Shown here in pieces: positions 23,326 to 40,544 of a DNA stretch of 64,000 nt (within the stretch, counting starts at the first letter, position 1; each line of letters starts with the position of its first letter). The notes below the pieces were generated by a model, which was not told the DNA's origin, ran no database searches, and saw only the letters and a program-made list of their open reading frames with translations. Source of the DNA: Macrostomum lignano (taxonomy: Eukaryota); NCBI GenBank assembly GCA_002269645.1, contig NIVC01001853.1, positions 1 to 64,000 of the forward strand, read 5' to 3'. A program made the translations under genes and the position numbers.

Positions 23326-26229
23326 TGTTCACTCTAGCTGAAATCACCCAGCCTAAGACCAAGTTCCATCATACGTTAGCGGCCCTGCCTGAGGACGTTG
23401 CCTGCTCGATCGACCTAGGCACAGAGGACTATAACTCGCTTAAAGCATCGGTGCTAGAAGCTTTGCGCGCCAACCGGCACCAACGAATCGAAGAGGCCCT
23501 CACCGCGGTGGAGCTCGGGGATCGCCGCCCATTTCAGTTGGTAACCGACATCAAGCGGCGATTCAGCGAAGTAGGCTTACAATTCGATGACAGCATCACC
23601 AAGTCTCGACTCCTAACTGCACTGCCCACCCAAATCCGCTCCGCCTTGGTCGGTCACGAACAGGCGGAGCTGGACGCGTTTGCAAAGATCGTCGACAGCA
23701 TGCTGGCTGTCGCCGGTTGCACCACCCCGTTCGCCTCTGTAAACCGCACCTCTGCCACCGGCCAAGAGCACCCGAGGAGCAACGCTGGTTCTTTTCGTAG
23801 CAGGAAGCCCGACGACTCGCGCTCCAACCGGAACTCACGCCGACGACCCAAGATCTGCAACGGTCATCTCTATTACGCCGCCGATGCTCGCACGGGGCCG
23901 ACCATGGTGCCAGTGGCCAGGCTCCCGGCCTTCGTAGACCATATCCTGCGACGTTCATTGTTACTACGTAATACTGTGCCCATCCTCGGTGCAGACTTCT
24001 TCCTCAAGTTTGGTCTCCTCATCGACCTGAAGTCACGGCGCAGTCAAGACCCTGTGACATCTTTGCGTACGACTCTGTCCTTCTAGTGATTCAGTCCCTC
24101 AAATCAACGCCACCACGCTTCTTGAGCCCACCACACCGCTGGCTCGGTTCCCTCGAGTTCTGGAAGCTCCGGACTACACTGCAGCACCCGCCATGTCTGT
24201 TCGGCATCGTATTGAGACCACTGGCGAGCCCATTTTTTGTCGGCCGCGACCGCTTGCCCCGGCCAAGTTCGCGGTTGCAAAAGCGGAGTTCGACAAGCTC
24301 CTGCGCCTTGGCATCGTCCGCCCCTCCGCCAGTCCATGGGCTTCCCCGCTTCATATGGTGAAGAAAAAGAACGGCTCCTGGAGACCTTGCGGAGACTATC
24401 GAGCCTTAAACGCGGCAACCAAGCCAGATCGCTACCCTATCCCTAACATCAACCATTTCCATAATCAGCTGCACAGTGCGAAAGTTTTCAGCACCCTTGA
24501 CCTCGTCAAGGCCTATCACTTCGTTCCGATGGCAGATGAGGACATCGAGAAGACGGCGATTTGCACCCCGTTTGGCTCGTTCGAATACCTGCGGATGCCT
24601 TTCGGTCTCCGGAACGCCGCTAGCACGTTTCAGCGATATGTTAACTCAGTGTTTCGGGACCTACTATTTGTTACTACCTACATCGACGAGATCCTATAAT
24701 GCACAGCAGGTCTCGGGAAGAGCCCCAAGTACACATTGAAACAGTTCTGCAACGACTTACCGACAAAGGTTTGGGAGTAAATTCGGACAAGTGTCGGTTT
24801 TTCTGCGAGTCTGTGGAGTTCCTCGGCTATCTCGTGTCTGCGGACGGCATTAGGCCCCTGCCCCACCGTGTCGAGGCCCTCCGACAGCTTCCACCTCCTA
24901 CTGACCACCAGGCCTTGCAGCGCTACCTCGGGATGTTCGGATCTTACCAAGGGTGCATCCCTGACTACGCAAAGATCGTCCTACCATTGCGGCAGCTCAC
25001 CTCAACGACATTCGTCTGGATGGAGCACCACGGTCGCGCCTGGACAGCGCTACAGAACAGTCTCGCGGAAGCGGTCACACTCGCCTTTCCGCATCCCCAG
25101 GCTACGTTCACTATCACAACGGATGCCAGCTCGACTGCCATCGGTGGTGCTCTACATCAAGTGGTGGACGGCCAGTCTTCACCCTTAGCTTTCTACTCGC
25201 GGAAACTATCCGACACCGAGGCTGCGTACAGCGCATTAGATCGGGAACTCCTCGCCATCGTCGCCGCGGTCAAGGCCTGGAAGCACATGATTCAAGGCCA
25301 GCAGACAACGGTGTTCTGCGACCAAAAGCCCAGAACTACGAGCGGAGCCCATCATCGGAGCCTTCGGCAACAAAAAGGAGCGCTTTTCGGACCGACAGCA
25401 ACGCGACCTATCCGTGATCACTGAATTTGTCTGCGACATCGTTCATATCGCCGGTAAGGACAACCTGGTGGCCGATGCACTATCTCGTCCCAACCTCATC
25501 TCCGAGGCGCACCCGCCATCGTTCGTCAGACTGCTAGCGGACATCCCGCCCTCGGTGGATTTGCCAGCTATCGCTCGAGCCCAGAAAGACAGTCTATCCG
25601 CCGATGATCCGCCAGTAGGCCTGTTCAGCAACTTCGATATCGGGATTAAAGACTACCCATTACGCTGTGAGACTTCGCAGACTAACCCGCGTCCCGTAGT
25701 TCCTGAAGTACTACAACGTGCGGTGTTCAACTCGCTGCATTCGTTCGCACACCCCGGCAGAAAAGATACGCAACGGCTCATTAGCTATCGGTTTTTCTGG
25801 CCACAAATGGGTGCCGACATTCGCAAGTGGGTATCCGAGTGCCAACAATGCCAGCAGTGCAAGACTGGACGACATGTTCAACGCCCACTGCAGCAGCTGC
25901 CTGTGCCATCTCAGAGATTCACGACGGTACACATTGACCTGGTCGGACCGTTACCGCCTCCCGAGTCTGAAGACCCCGGCCCGAAGCCTCGCTACCTACT
26001 CACCATGATCGATGCCTACTCACGCTGGTTAGAAGCAGCACCGCTTTCGAACATTGCCGCCACATCAGTCGCACGAGCCTTCCTGGAAACCTGGATTTCT
26101 CGGTTTGGCCCACCTTTGACGCTGGTCAGTGACCAGGGATCCCAATTCCGAGCGGAGCTCATGAAGAACTTGACGGATCTACTCGGCATCCACCACATCC
26201 GCACTTCAGCCTATAATCCGAGAGCTAAC

Positions 26230-26948
26230 AGAAATAAACGTCAACAAAAACATAAAAAAAATTTTTTTTTTAGCCAACGCGTTTCGTCAAACACAAGACG
26301 TCGTCGGGGCAAATTCAACTAACCTTAATTTTCAGCACCAATATATTTAAGCAAAACAAATTGTACAGTCCAAAGGCGGGTTAAAACAGTCCGGTCATTC
26401 TTCAAAAGTGCCAAGTACATAACGAAGAGAGAGAGAGAGAAAAATAGGCATGGCTCTGCTCACAGTATTCTTAGCTCACGCTCCACCCCATTGCCAGCAA
26501 GCTGCACATTCAAGTTGGGTTTGTGCATTCTGATATAAGAAGCTTCAATAATCTTAAGCTTATGGTCAAATTTGCACCCATCCAGTACTTTAAAGAGCTG
26601 AATTGGTTCACTGTCACAGCATTTTTTACAAACAAGCAGATGGTCATTAATCGCAGAGCTTTTTAGCCAATGTTCCCTAGCTCTAGTGTGCAGGTGTCGC
26701 TTCGTTTTTCCAATGTAGGAAACGCTCTGATCCTCAGAGCAGCGAAATTGGTAAACAACACCAGCCCTTAGAGCAAGTGGAACAGCTGACCTGAGCCTGC
26801 TAGCATAGCGACCGATCTTTTCAGTGCGAAAAACAATTATGTTTTTGCTAAACATAATTTTAGCAAATTTAGCCTATTTGTTTGCCTATTTGTTAGAAGA
26901 TTTGTTAGACGTTAGACAAGCCTATTTGTTAGACGAGCTACACTTCCA
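26230..26948 (-). mobile_element. 5'-truncated Penelope-like element (GIY-YIG endonuclease end, ORF 26855-26460) inserted in the Gypsy integrase
   Basis: GVVYQFRCSE..SYIGKTKRHLHTRAREH..IIEASYIRMHKPNLN is a GIY-YIG domain. The 12-bp duplication CCGAGAGCTAAC (26218-26229 and 26949-26960) restores AYNPRANGIIER when the insert is removed. Confidence 0.9.
26268..26313 (-). ncRNA. Minimal type-I hammerhead ribozyme-like motif at the PLE 3' end (core variant)
   Basis: Minus strand TTTGCC-CCGACGA-C-GTC ttgtgttt GAC-GAAAC-GC-GTT-GGCTAAA: stem I GCC/GGC, core C(C)GANGA, stem II GTC/GAC, GAAA, palindromic stem III AACGCGTT. Confidence 0.6.
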
Positions 26949-28822
26949 CCGAGAGCTAACGGTATCATCGAACGTGCACACTAGACGCTAAAGATCGGTT
27001 TGAAGGCGCGCGGCAAGAACTGGCTGCAGCAGCTGCCCGTCGTGCTCCTGGGCATGCGCATTTTCCCAGATGAGTCAGGTGCCTCTCCGTTCTCCGTTGT
27101 TACGGGTGAGCAACCGCTGGTCCCACCGGTCGTCACCGACACGTCTGCGCTCAAGGAGCTCTCGACTAGTCTACACCAGCTTTTTTCCCATACCGGCAGC
27201 CGAGAACGGGCGAGATAGCCGTGCATTTGCCAGCCGCGCTGAGTTCGTGCACACACGTCTGGCTACGGTTGGACCGTGTGCGACGACCCGTGGAGGCTCC
27301 TTACCAAGGCCCGTACGCTGTGCTGGACAGGCACGACACCACAATGACACTCCAGATCAACGGCAAGCCTACCATAGTGTCGATCGATCGTGTAAAGCCC
27401 ACCACCTTGCCAACAGTCCATCAAGAGCAGCCAGCAGCTACACCGGCACCACCAAGCGACGCTCCCGCCTCTAACACAAGGTCACACAGCTCAAACCACG
27501 TGCGATTCAAGAGCGAGACCTCCGTGCAAGTCTTCCAGAAGGACAGTACACCTAGCAATACTTAAACAGTGCTTTAACCGATCAACCTATGACATATGCA
27601 TTGCTTGCCTACTCGTTCCCCTTCACTGTTCAAACTTTTTGTCTCCGATTATCTAATGCATAGTGATGTACTTCATCTAGGAGGGGGAGTATCTTTTAGC
27701 CAAAGTTAATTCCACTGCGCTTTGATTCACTCGCTACAAGTTAACCAGGCCAACAGAGTGCTCGGCAGTGAGGAGAAGTGTGTATTTCAATAAGGGGCGT
27801 TTCTACTTAAAGCCTTGGGATGCGCGAGAGAGGTTTCTAGAATATGTTACTATTTTTAGCATATGGGGAGAGCGCAGAAGTTTCCAGAATAGAAGCTACA
27901 TTGGTAAACATTATATACTTATTACTGTACTATTAATAATAAGCGTAGAAACTACTGGAAACATATTCGTATAGTGTCACGACAAGGACCCTGAACTGAT
28001 GGTTGAAAGCTGTTGGGACCTGGTTTTGACAGCGAATTGAATGAAGTTTAAAGAATTATACATATTGAAAATGGATAAAGGGATGATTGAGCAGGTGTGG
28101 CAGGTAAAATTATTATGTTGGAAGATCTTCGAACTAAGTTGACCACTGCGCTGTTTCCATTGATTTTTTGAATAATCAATATAGAACTACTGGTATGATG
28201 GAGGAAGTAAAAAATTGCCCTGAATATGTCAAAAATGACCCTTTATGTCATGACACCTACTTTGCTGATAGCAAGTATTAATTCAGATTTTTCTAAATTT
28301 ACTATAACTACTTGAGGCACCAGAATTTATCATCATTTTTTTTGTTAGACAGCCATTGGTTTCGCTTTGCAGTGACGCCCAGGCGTTCAGCTTGGCTTTT
28401 GGCAGTCACTGAAAAAGCTACTCACACGGATCGCCACGGGAAGGCTGCTGTCTGTGGATCCGCGCACTGCTGTTTTTTTCCTCCTTTTGTATTTTTTTTT
28501 TACTTTTAGCTATACGTTACTTTTTTTGCCTTTTTTCTTTTTTTGGTGAGCCAAAAACAACAGTGCAAAGCTACTCTCGTAAAGTATCTTCTGTAGCTAT
28601 CTGGATATATATAGCTATTTGCAAGTTTTTTTTCTTTTTTTGGTGAGTCAAAAAACAGCAGTGCGAGAGCTACGTTCGTACAGTATCTTCTTCTACGCTC
28701 GTAGCTTTCTGGATATATTTGTAATTTTTTTTAATTATCAATTTATTTTTTAATTATCAATTTATTTTTTAATTATCAATTTATTTTTCAATATCAATTT
28801 TTTTAATATTATAATTATAATT

Positions 28823-29116
28823 TCAAGATTGTATTTTGATAATAGCGCCGATCACTAAGAAATATAAGATTTGAAATATTCTTAATATATACTTAATAGT
28901 TTCAAAAATCCTATTGGGATTTTCTTCAAAATAATTCCATAAACAATTAGCCGCTTGCCTAAGGACAACAGCAGTAACTCTTCCTAGTGAAGTGTCACTT
29001 CTTATTCCATGAGAAATATTAATGAAAAAATCTCTAATTTTAACAATCGTTTCAGGATTTTCTATTAAGTAATTAAATGAATTAATTGCAAAATCAATGA
29101 TGAAAATTTTACCCAT
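28823..29116 (-). CDS. AT-rich intronless 97-aa orphan ORF with an upstream TATA box
   Basis: GCGGCGGCGACATGG start context, TATAAAAA on the minus strand at about 29299-29292, protein-like composition (MGKIFIIDFAINSFNYLIENPETIVKIRDFF..). No family recognised. Confidence 0.3.
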   Translation of the reverse strand: MGKIFIIDFAINSFNYLIENPETIVKIRDFFINISHGIRSDTSLGRVTAVVLRQAANCLWNYFEENPNRIFETIKYILRIFQILYFLVIGAIIKIQS

Positions 29117-29442
29117 GTCGCCGCCGCGTTGTTCAAAAGGCGCAACAGAAGAGCTTTGAAGAAGAACAATTTAAATTATAATTAAAATAAATTTATTAAT
29201 ATAATTTATTAAAGAAATATAATTTAATTATAATTTAAATATGAGGTACGAGTGTAGTCTTAAAACTTCTCTACCCGCCCAAAGCTCTTCTTTTTATAGC
29301 TAATGAACTTCTCTTCTCTGCCCTCTGTAGGGTCTTCTCCCGTTGGCTGGGCCTCGCAACCATAGGCCCAATAGAATCTTTGCTACGAGCCGCAAGGACA
29401 AACAATTGCGACTATTTTTAGAGCGAAATTTCTAGTTGAACT

Positions 29443-29527
29443 AAACGTGGGAACATTTAACATTTAACGTGGGAACATTTAACGTGGGAACATTTAACGT
29501 GGGAACATTTAACGTGGGAAACGTGGG
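29443..29527. repeat. Short array of 15-bp AACGTGGGAACATTT (5 copies), the SINE target site
   Basis: Direct reading; the last unit resumes at 29880 after the SINE. Confidence 0.85.
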
Positions 29528-29879
29528 GGCCGTAGCCCAGCGGTAGCGCAGCTGCTCTGGTGTGCCGCGACCCAGGCTCGATTCCAAGTGCAGTCACATT
29601 AATTTGGGGCTGAATTGGAATCTCGGCTTGGCTCGCTTGTGCAATTAACGGCCTTGAGAGCCAACCCCCCAAGGAGCAGTGAAGTGTACATGCCTAACAA
29701 TTGATAAAGTTAGGGCCGCTGTACACTCCTGTGTGAGTGTGTGCCTGCGTAACGTATCCGCCCGCTTGTATGCCTGCTCAGGGGAGTCGGCGGAATGGGC
29801 AGTAATGCCTCTCGCCGGTTGTGTGCCAATGACGCTTAAATTGCGCCAGGGTGCACACAACCCCCTGCCTCTAATAAAA
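29528..29879 (+). mobile_element. Full-length tRNA-derived SINE (about 350 bp)
   Basis: Head GGCCGTAGCCCAGCGGTAG (A box) and GGCTCGATTCC (B box); A-rich tail CTCTAATAAAAA; TSD AAACGTGGG at 29519-29527 and 29880-29888. Confidence 0.8.
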
Positions 29880-31349
29880 AAACGTGGGAACATCTGTTGG
29901 AAGATTTTTGCTTTCTTTCGCCCGGGGAAAATCTTCCCAGCAAAAATGGGAGAAATGGAGAGAGGCTTGTGTGTGTAACAGATTTTGCGCTTGTTAATAA
30001 CGCTCCAGCAAATACAGGTAGGTTGAAGGAATTTTACAACTTTAGATTTTCCTTCTCCCCTCTTCTGTTGAAGACTCAATCCCGCACTAAAGAAGTGGAT
30101 CCTGACGCCCCCACCCCAGTCATCTTGCAGTTTTACAACTCCTTCAATTTCCGTTGCTTTTGTTGACCCTTGAATATTGAGGATTGAAAAATATAGAAAT
30201 TGATTTTTTCTTTCTTGTTATAAGACCGCCGGGCCGCGGGCCATGGCGAACCAGAGTTGCAGAATATGGATCGGCATGATGGATTAAGCAGAGTTGTGGA
30301 AAAAATTGTTAATGAAATTAATATATTTTGCCATATATTTTGTATTCTATAGTAACTAACTTCATTGTTCAATACACAACAGATTCGAGCATTTGGTTCT
30401 GTTCATGATTCTCTTGTTCTCATAATTCTCTTAATTTATTTTGTCCTCATGGGTAACATAGATCGATGCAGTTATGTTTTTCTCATGGTTCTCAAAGCTG
30501 TTCTAATGGTTCTCATAGTTGTTCTCATGGTTCTTATAGTTGTTCTCATGTTTCTCAAAGTTGTTCTCATGGTTCTCATACTTTGTAGTATCGCTGTTCT
30601 CATCTTTTCCCGATTTTTGTTTTTAATGATTTTTTCTTGTTAAAAATTGTTCTCATGGTTTCCATGTTATCAGTGTTTTTTCTTTACACTTTGTAGGGTT
30701 TATTTATCGACTTATCAGTTTAGCTAATAATATTAATTCCCATTGAAATGAATAGCAATTAGTTCCAATTCAGAAGTAGATGTTTCCAATCCAGATGCTA
30801 ACTATAATTACTCTAGCAGTCCATGCGCGGCGATGGATTTCTGGGCTTGGATTCCTCCCCGGAGTCCAAAAGCACCCCCGCAGCCCCACCTCCGCACGCT
30901 TGCCTGCGCTTTATGAGCCGCCAACGAGAGGTGCCGAGTCCAGAAGGCAATAAAAAACCGATCCCCAGGACTCCCCCAGCGCATGCAGCTGCCATCCCAG
31001 CTAACAATGCACCGCAAATCCAGAAGAATAAAGTGAGAAATTTCAACCCCAATACAGCAAGTGTTGACAGCTGTGCCAAGAATTCGCCTTGACGTTGTAA
31101 ATCCAATGCTTTCGGTTTTAAATTGTTTTAGTTTTATTTCTGGTTTTCTTTAAAGAAAAAACATTAAAGTTTGAGTAGGACAGACAAAAGAGAAACACGC
31201 TTACTGCATCTTACGAGCAAATTGTCTTTTCGAGAAAAGTATAAAAGATTAAAGTATAAATAAGTACAGAACCACGACTTTAATAAGTCAAGTAAAAAGC
31301 AGAGAGATGAACGGAGGAATTGATGGGAGATGAAGGGGGATTGAGATGA

Positions 31350-32135
31350 AGAAATGACAGAGAGAGAGGGAATGAAGGGACAGAGAGAGAGGGAATGAAG
31401 GGACAGAGAGAGAGGGAATGAAGGGACAGAGAGAGAGAGGGAATGAAGGAACAGAGAGAGAGGGAATGAAGGGACAGAGAGAGAGGGAATGAAGGGACAG
31501 AGAGAGAGAGGGAATGAAGGGACAGAGAGAGAGAGAGGGAATGAAGGAACAGAGAGAGAGGGAATGAAGGGACAGAGAGAGAGGGAATGAAGGGACAGAG
31601 AGAGAGGGAATGAAGGGACAGAGAGAGAGGGAATGAAGGGACAGAGAGAGAGGGAATGAAGGGAAAGAGAGAGAGGGAATGAAGGAACAGAGAGAGAAAC
31701 AATGGAGGGACACAGAGAGGAATGAAGGGACAGAGAGAGAGGGAATGAAGGAACAGAGAGAGGGAATGAAGGGAAAGAGAGAGAGGGAATGAAGGAACAG
31801 AGAGAGAAACAATGGAGGGACACAGAGAGGAATGAAGGGACAGAGAGAGAGGGAATGAAGGAACAGAGAGAGGGAATGAAGGGACAGAGAGAGAGGGAAT
31901 GAAGGGACAGAGAGAGAGGGAATGAAGGGACAGAGAGAGAGGGAATGAAGGGACAGAGAGAGAGGGAATGAAGGGACAGAGAGAGAGGGAATGAAGGAAC
32001 AGAGAGAGAAACAATGGAGGGACAGAGAGAGGAATGAAGGGACAGAGAGAGAGGGAATGAAGGAACAGAGAGAGGGAATGAAGGGACAGAGAAGATAGGA
32101 AATTAAGGAACAGAGAGAGAGGGAATGAAGGGGCA
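31350..32135. repeat. GAGGGAATGAAGGGACAGAGAGA minisatellite
   Basis: About 33 units of 21-25 bp. Confidence 0.93.
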
Positions 32136-32231
32136 TCAAAGAGCCGCAGTAATTCCCAAGCAACTGCAATATCAGCACAAGCTGTGCAATTCTCAATCAC
32201 TCAGTCATTCTTTGATTTCCCAGACCACCAT

Positions 32232-36552
<4,321 letters not shown>

Positions 36553-36739
36553 GATTGTGCTACCGTGTTCTAGTAGGATCGGTTCCAGTGTGGAACTTAA
36601 ATGACGGAGTCTGCGTGGCACCAGTGGATGCTCTTTAGTGCTTCCTACGTCGATATCTATCGATAAATTTGTTGGGATTTGAACTGGTGGCACAGGATTG
36701 GTTAGCTATGGATTGTCCACTGAAGATCATAAAGTATCA

Positions 36740-39700
36740 TGGAGATCATGAAGTATTTGGATGTGGGAGAGGGATCATGTAGATGGTAGAGAGAGGGATC
36801 ATAGAGATGTGAAAGAGGGTTCATAGAGATGTGAGAGAGGGTTCATAAAGATGCAGTGAGAGAGGGGTCATAGAGATGTGAGAGAGGAGTCATGTAGATG
36901 GGAGAGAGAGGGATCATAGAGATGGGAGAGAGAGAGGGGTCATAGAAATGTGGGAGAGGGGTCATGTAGATGGGAGAGAGAGGGATCATAGAGATGGGAG
37001 AGAGAGAGGGGTCATAGAAATGTGAGAGAGGGGTCATGTAGATAGGAGAGAGGAGTCATGTAGATGGGAGAGAAAGGGGTCATAGAGATTGGAGAGAGGG
37101 GTCATAGAGATGTGAGAGAGGGGTCATAGAGATGGGAGAGAGGGGTCATAGAGATGTGAGAGAGGGGTCATAGAGATGGGAGAGAGGTCATAGAGATGGG
37201 AGAGAGGGGTCATAGAGATGGGAGAGAGAGGGGTCATAGAGATGGGAGAGAGGGGTCATAGAGATGTGAGAGAGGGGTCATAGAGATGTGAGAGATGGTT
37301 CATAGAGATGTGAGAGAGGAGTCATAGAGATGGGAGAGAGGGGTCATAGAAATGGGAGAGAGGGGTCATAGAGATGTGAGAGAGGGGTCATGGAGATGGG
37401 AGAGAGGGGTCATAGAGACGGGAGAGAGGGGTCATAGAGATGGGAGAGAGGGGTCATAGAGATGGGAGAGAGAGGGGTCATAGAGATGGGAGAGAGGAGT
37501 CATAGAGATGGGAGAGAGGGGTCATAGAGATGTGAGAGAGGGGTCATAGAAATGGGAGAGAGGGGTCATAGAGATGTGAGAGAGGGGTCATAGAGATGGG
37601 AGAGAGGGGTCATAGAGATGTGAGAGAGGGGTCATAGAGATGGGAGAGAGGGGTCATAGAGATGTGAGAGAGGGGTCATAGAGATGGGAGAGAGGGGTCA
37701 TAGAGATGTGAGAGAGGGGTCATAGAGATGTGAGAGAGGGGTCATAGAGATGGGAGAGAGGGGTCATAGAGATGGGAGAGAGGGGTCATAGAGATGTGAG
37801 AGAGGGGTCATAGAGATGTGAGAGAGGGGTCATAGAGATGGGAGAGAGGGGTCATAGAGATGTGAGAGAGGGGTCATAGAGATGGGAGAGAGGGGTCATA
37901 GAGATGTGAGAGAGGGGTCATAGAGATGGGAGAGAGGGGTCATAGAGATGTGAGAGAGGGGTCATAGAGATGTGAGAGAGGGGTCATAGAGATGTGAGAG
38001 AGGGGTCATAGAGATGGGAGAGAGGGGTCATAGAGATGTGAGAGAGGGGTCATAGAGATGGGAGAGAGGTCATAGAGATGGGAGAGAGGGGTCATAGAGA
38101 TGGGAGAGAGAGGGGTCATAGAGATGGGAGAGAGGGGTCATAGAGATGTGAGAGAGGGGTCATAGAGATGTGAGAGATGGGTCATAGAGATGTGAGAGAG
38201 GAGTCATAGAGATGTGAGAGATGGGTCATAGAGATGTGAGAGATGGGTCATAGAGATGGGAGAGAGGAGTCATAGAGATGGGAGAGAGAGGGGTCGTAGA
38301 GATGTGAGAGAGGGGTCATAGAGATGGGAGAGAGGGGTCATAGAGATGGGAGAGAGGGGTCATAGAGATGTGAGAGAGGGGTCATAGAGATGTGAGAGAG
38401 GGGTCATAGAGATGTGAGAGAGGGGTCATAGAGATGGGAGAGAGGAGTCATAGAGATGGGAGAGAGGGGTCATAGAGATGGGAGAGAGAGGGGTCGTAGA
38501 GATGTGAGAGAGGGGTCATAGAGATGGGAGAGAGGGGTCATAGAGATGGGAGAGAGGGGTCATAGAGATGGGAGAGAGGGGTCATAGAGATGTGAGAGAG
38601 GGGTCATAGAGATGGGAGAGAGGGGTCATAGAGATGTGAGAGAGGGGTCATAGAGATGGGAGAGAGGGGTCATAGAGATGGGAGAGAGGGTCATAGAGAT
38701 GGGAGAGAGGGGTCATAGAGATGGGAGAGAGAGGGGTCATAGAGATGGGAGAGAGGGGTCATAGAGATGGGAGAGAGGGGTCATAGAGATGGGAGAGAGG
38801 GGTCATAGAGATGGGAGAGAGGGGTCATAGAGATGTGAGAGAGGGGTCATAGAGATGGGAGAGAGGAGTCATAGAGATGCGAGAGAGGGGTCATAGAGAT
38901 GGGAGAGAGGGGTCATAGAGATGTGAGAGAGGGGTCATAGAGATGTGAGAGAGGGGTCATAGAGATGTGAGAGAGGGGTCATAGAGGTGGGAGAGAGGGG
39001 TCATAGAGATGTGAGAGAGGGGTCATAGAGATGGGAGAGAGGGGTCATAGAGATGTGAGGGAGGGGTCATAGAGATGGGAGAGAGGTCATAGAGATGGGA
39101 GAAAGGGGTCATAGAGATGGGAGAGAGAGGGGTCATAGAGATGGGAGAGAGGGGTCATAGAGACGTGAGAGATGGGTCATAGAGATGGGAGAGAGGAGTC
39201 ATAGAGATGGGAGAGAGGGGTCATAGAGATGTGAGAGAGGGGTCATAGAGATGGGAGAGAGGGGTCATAGAGATGGGAGAGAGGGGTCATAGAGATGTGA
39301 GAGAGGGGTCATAGAGATGTGAGAGAGGGGTCATAGAGATGTGAGAGAGGGGTCATAGAGATGGGAGAGAGGAGTCATAGAGATGGGAGAGAGGGGTCAT
39401 AGAGATGGGAGAGAGAGGGGTCATAGAGATGGGAGAGAGGGGTCATAGAGATGGGAGAGAGGGGTCATAGAGATGGGAGAGAGGGGTCATAGAGATGGGA
39501 GAGAGGGGTCATAGAGATGTGAGAGAGGGGTCATAGAGATGTGAGAGAGGGGTCATAGAGATGGGAGAGAGGAGTCATAGAGATGCGAGAGAGGGGTCAT
39601 AGAGATGGGAGAGAGGGGTCATAGAGATGTGAGAGAGGGGTCATAGAGATGTGAGAGAGGGGTCATAGAGATGTGAGAGAGGGGTCATAGAGATGGGAGA

Positions 39701-39995
39701 GAGGGGTCATAGAGATGGGAGAGAGGGGTCATAGAGATGGGAGAGAGGGGTCATAGAGATGTGAGAGAGGGGTCATAGAGATGGGAGAGAAGGGTCATAG
39801 AGATAGGAGAGAGGGGTCATAGAGATGTGAGAGAGCGGTCATAGAGATGGGAGAGAGAGGTCATAGAGATGGGAGAGAGGGGTCATAGAGATAAGACAGA
39901 GGGATCAAAGAGATAGGACAGAGGGATCATAGAGATAGGACAGAGGGATCATAGAAATAGGAGAGAGGGATCATATAGAGATGGTAGAGGGGTCA
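36740..39995. repeat. 3.2-kb minisatellite, 20-24-bp unit GGGGTCATAGAGATG(G/T)GAGAGA
   Basis: About 145 tandem units upstream of TMEM26. Confidence 0.97.
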
Positions 39996-40544
39996 TGGAC
40001 AAGGAAGTGGGATTAGACCATGATAACAGAGCCATGAGAATGGGTCTGAGTTGCCCTGCTATTGCCAGGAGCTTCTGAGCTCAAAAGTTAACATGCAGTA
40101 TTTTTTTAAAAATGATAAGAGCGACTATTACCGCAGCGCACTGCAAGACTGTTTACAAATCGTTACATGCAGTAGTTTGTTTGCTGGTAGAGGACGAACT
40201 AATATTATATTGACTTTTAAACTCCAGCTCTGAACTGCAGGGTTTTAAACTGATCTTTTCCATGAAGCACATCGCAGTGCAGTGCTTTATGATCAAAAAG
40301 TTTTAGATTTTTTTCGCTATTTCGAACTTTAGAGATTTTATTGGGTATTCTGTAGCCGCGCTTAAAGGTTGTTAGTATTTTTACATGATTAAAGTACGAG
40401 CGTACATTTAAATGTACACCGGAGGCTGAGTACTTGAAAAATTAAACGTACTTGTACTTTTTATTCTGTTTTTGACAATTGAATATATATTTTTGGGAAT
40501 TGGAAACAAGCGAGATGGATAATTAGTGGGGAAGATACAGGAGA

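Larger units (their letters stand above)
23326..27692 (+). mobile_element. Decayed Ty3/Gypsy LTR retrotransposon: truncated gag, partial protease, RT, RNase H, integrase and PPT; no LTRs recognised
   Basis: gag FTLAEITQPKTKFHHTLAALPEDV..ELGDRRP; ILGADFF; [63 protein letters not shown]; RNase H TTDASSTAIGGAL..YSALDRELLA; integrase LHSFAHPG..CQQCQ, VHIDLVGPL, LVSDQGSQF, AYNPRANG(IIER); PPT AGGAGGGGGAG at 27679-27689; several frameshifts. Confidence 0.93.

Noticed and set aside
29525-29595. tRNA gene candidates here and at 48742-48800, 9370-9400, 23040-23060
   Set aside because: A/B boxes are present but there is no complete cloverleaf; the first two are SINE heads and the others isolated B-box-like matches.
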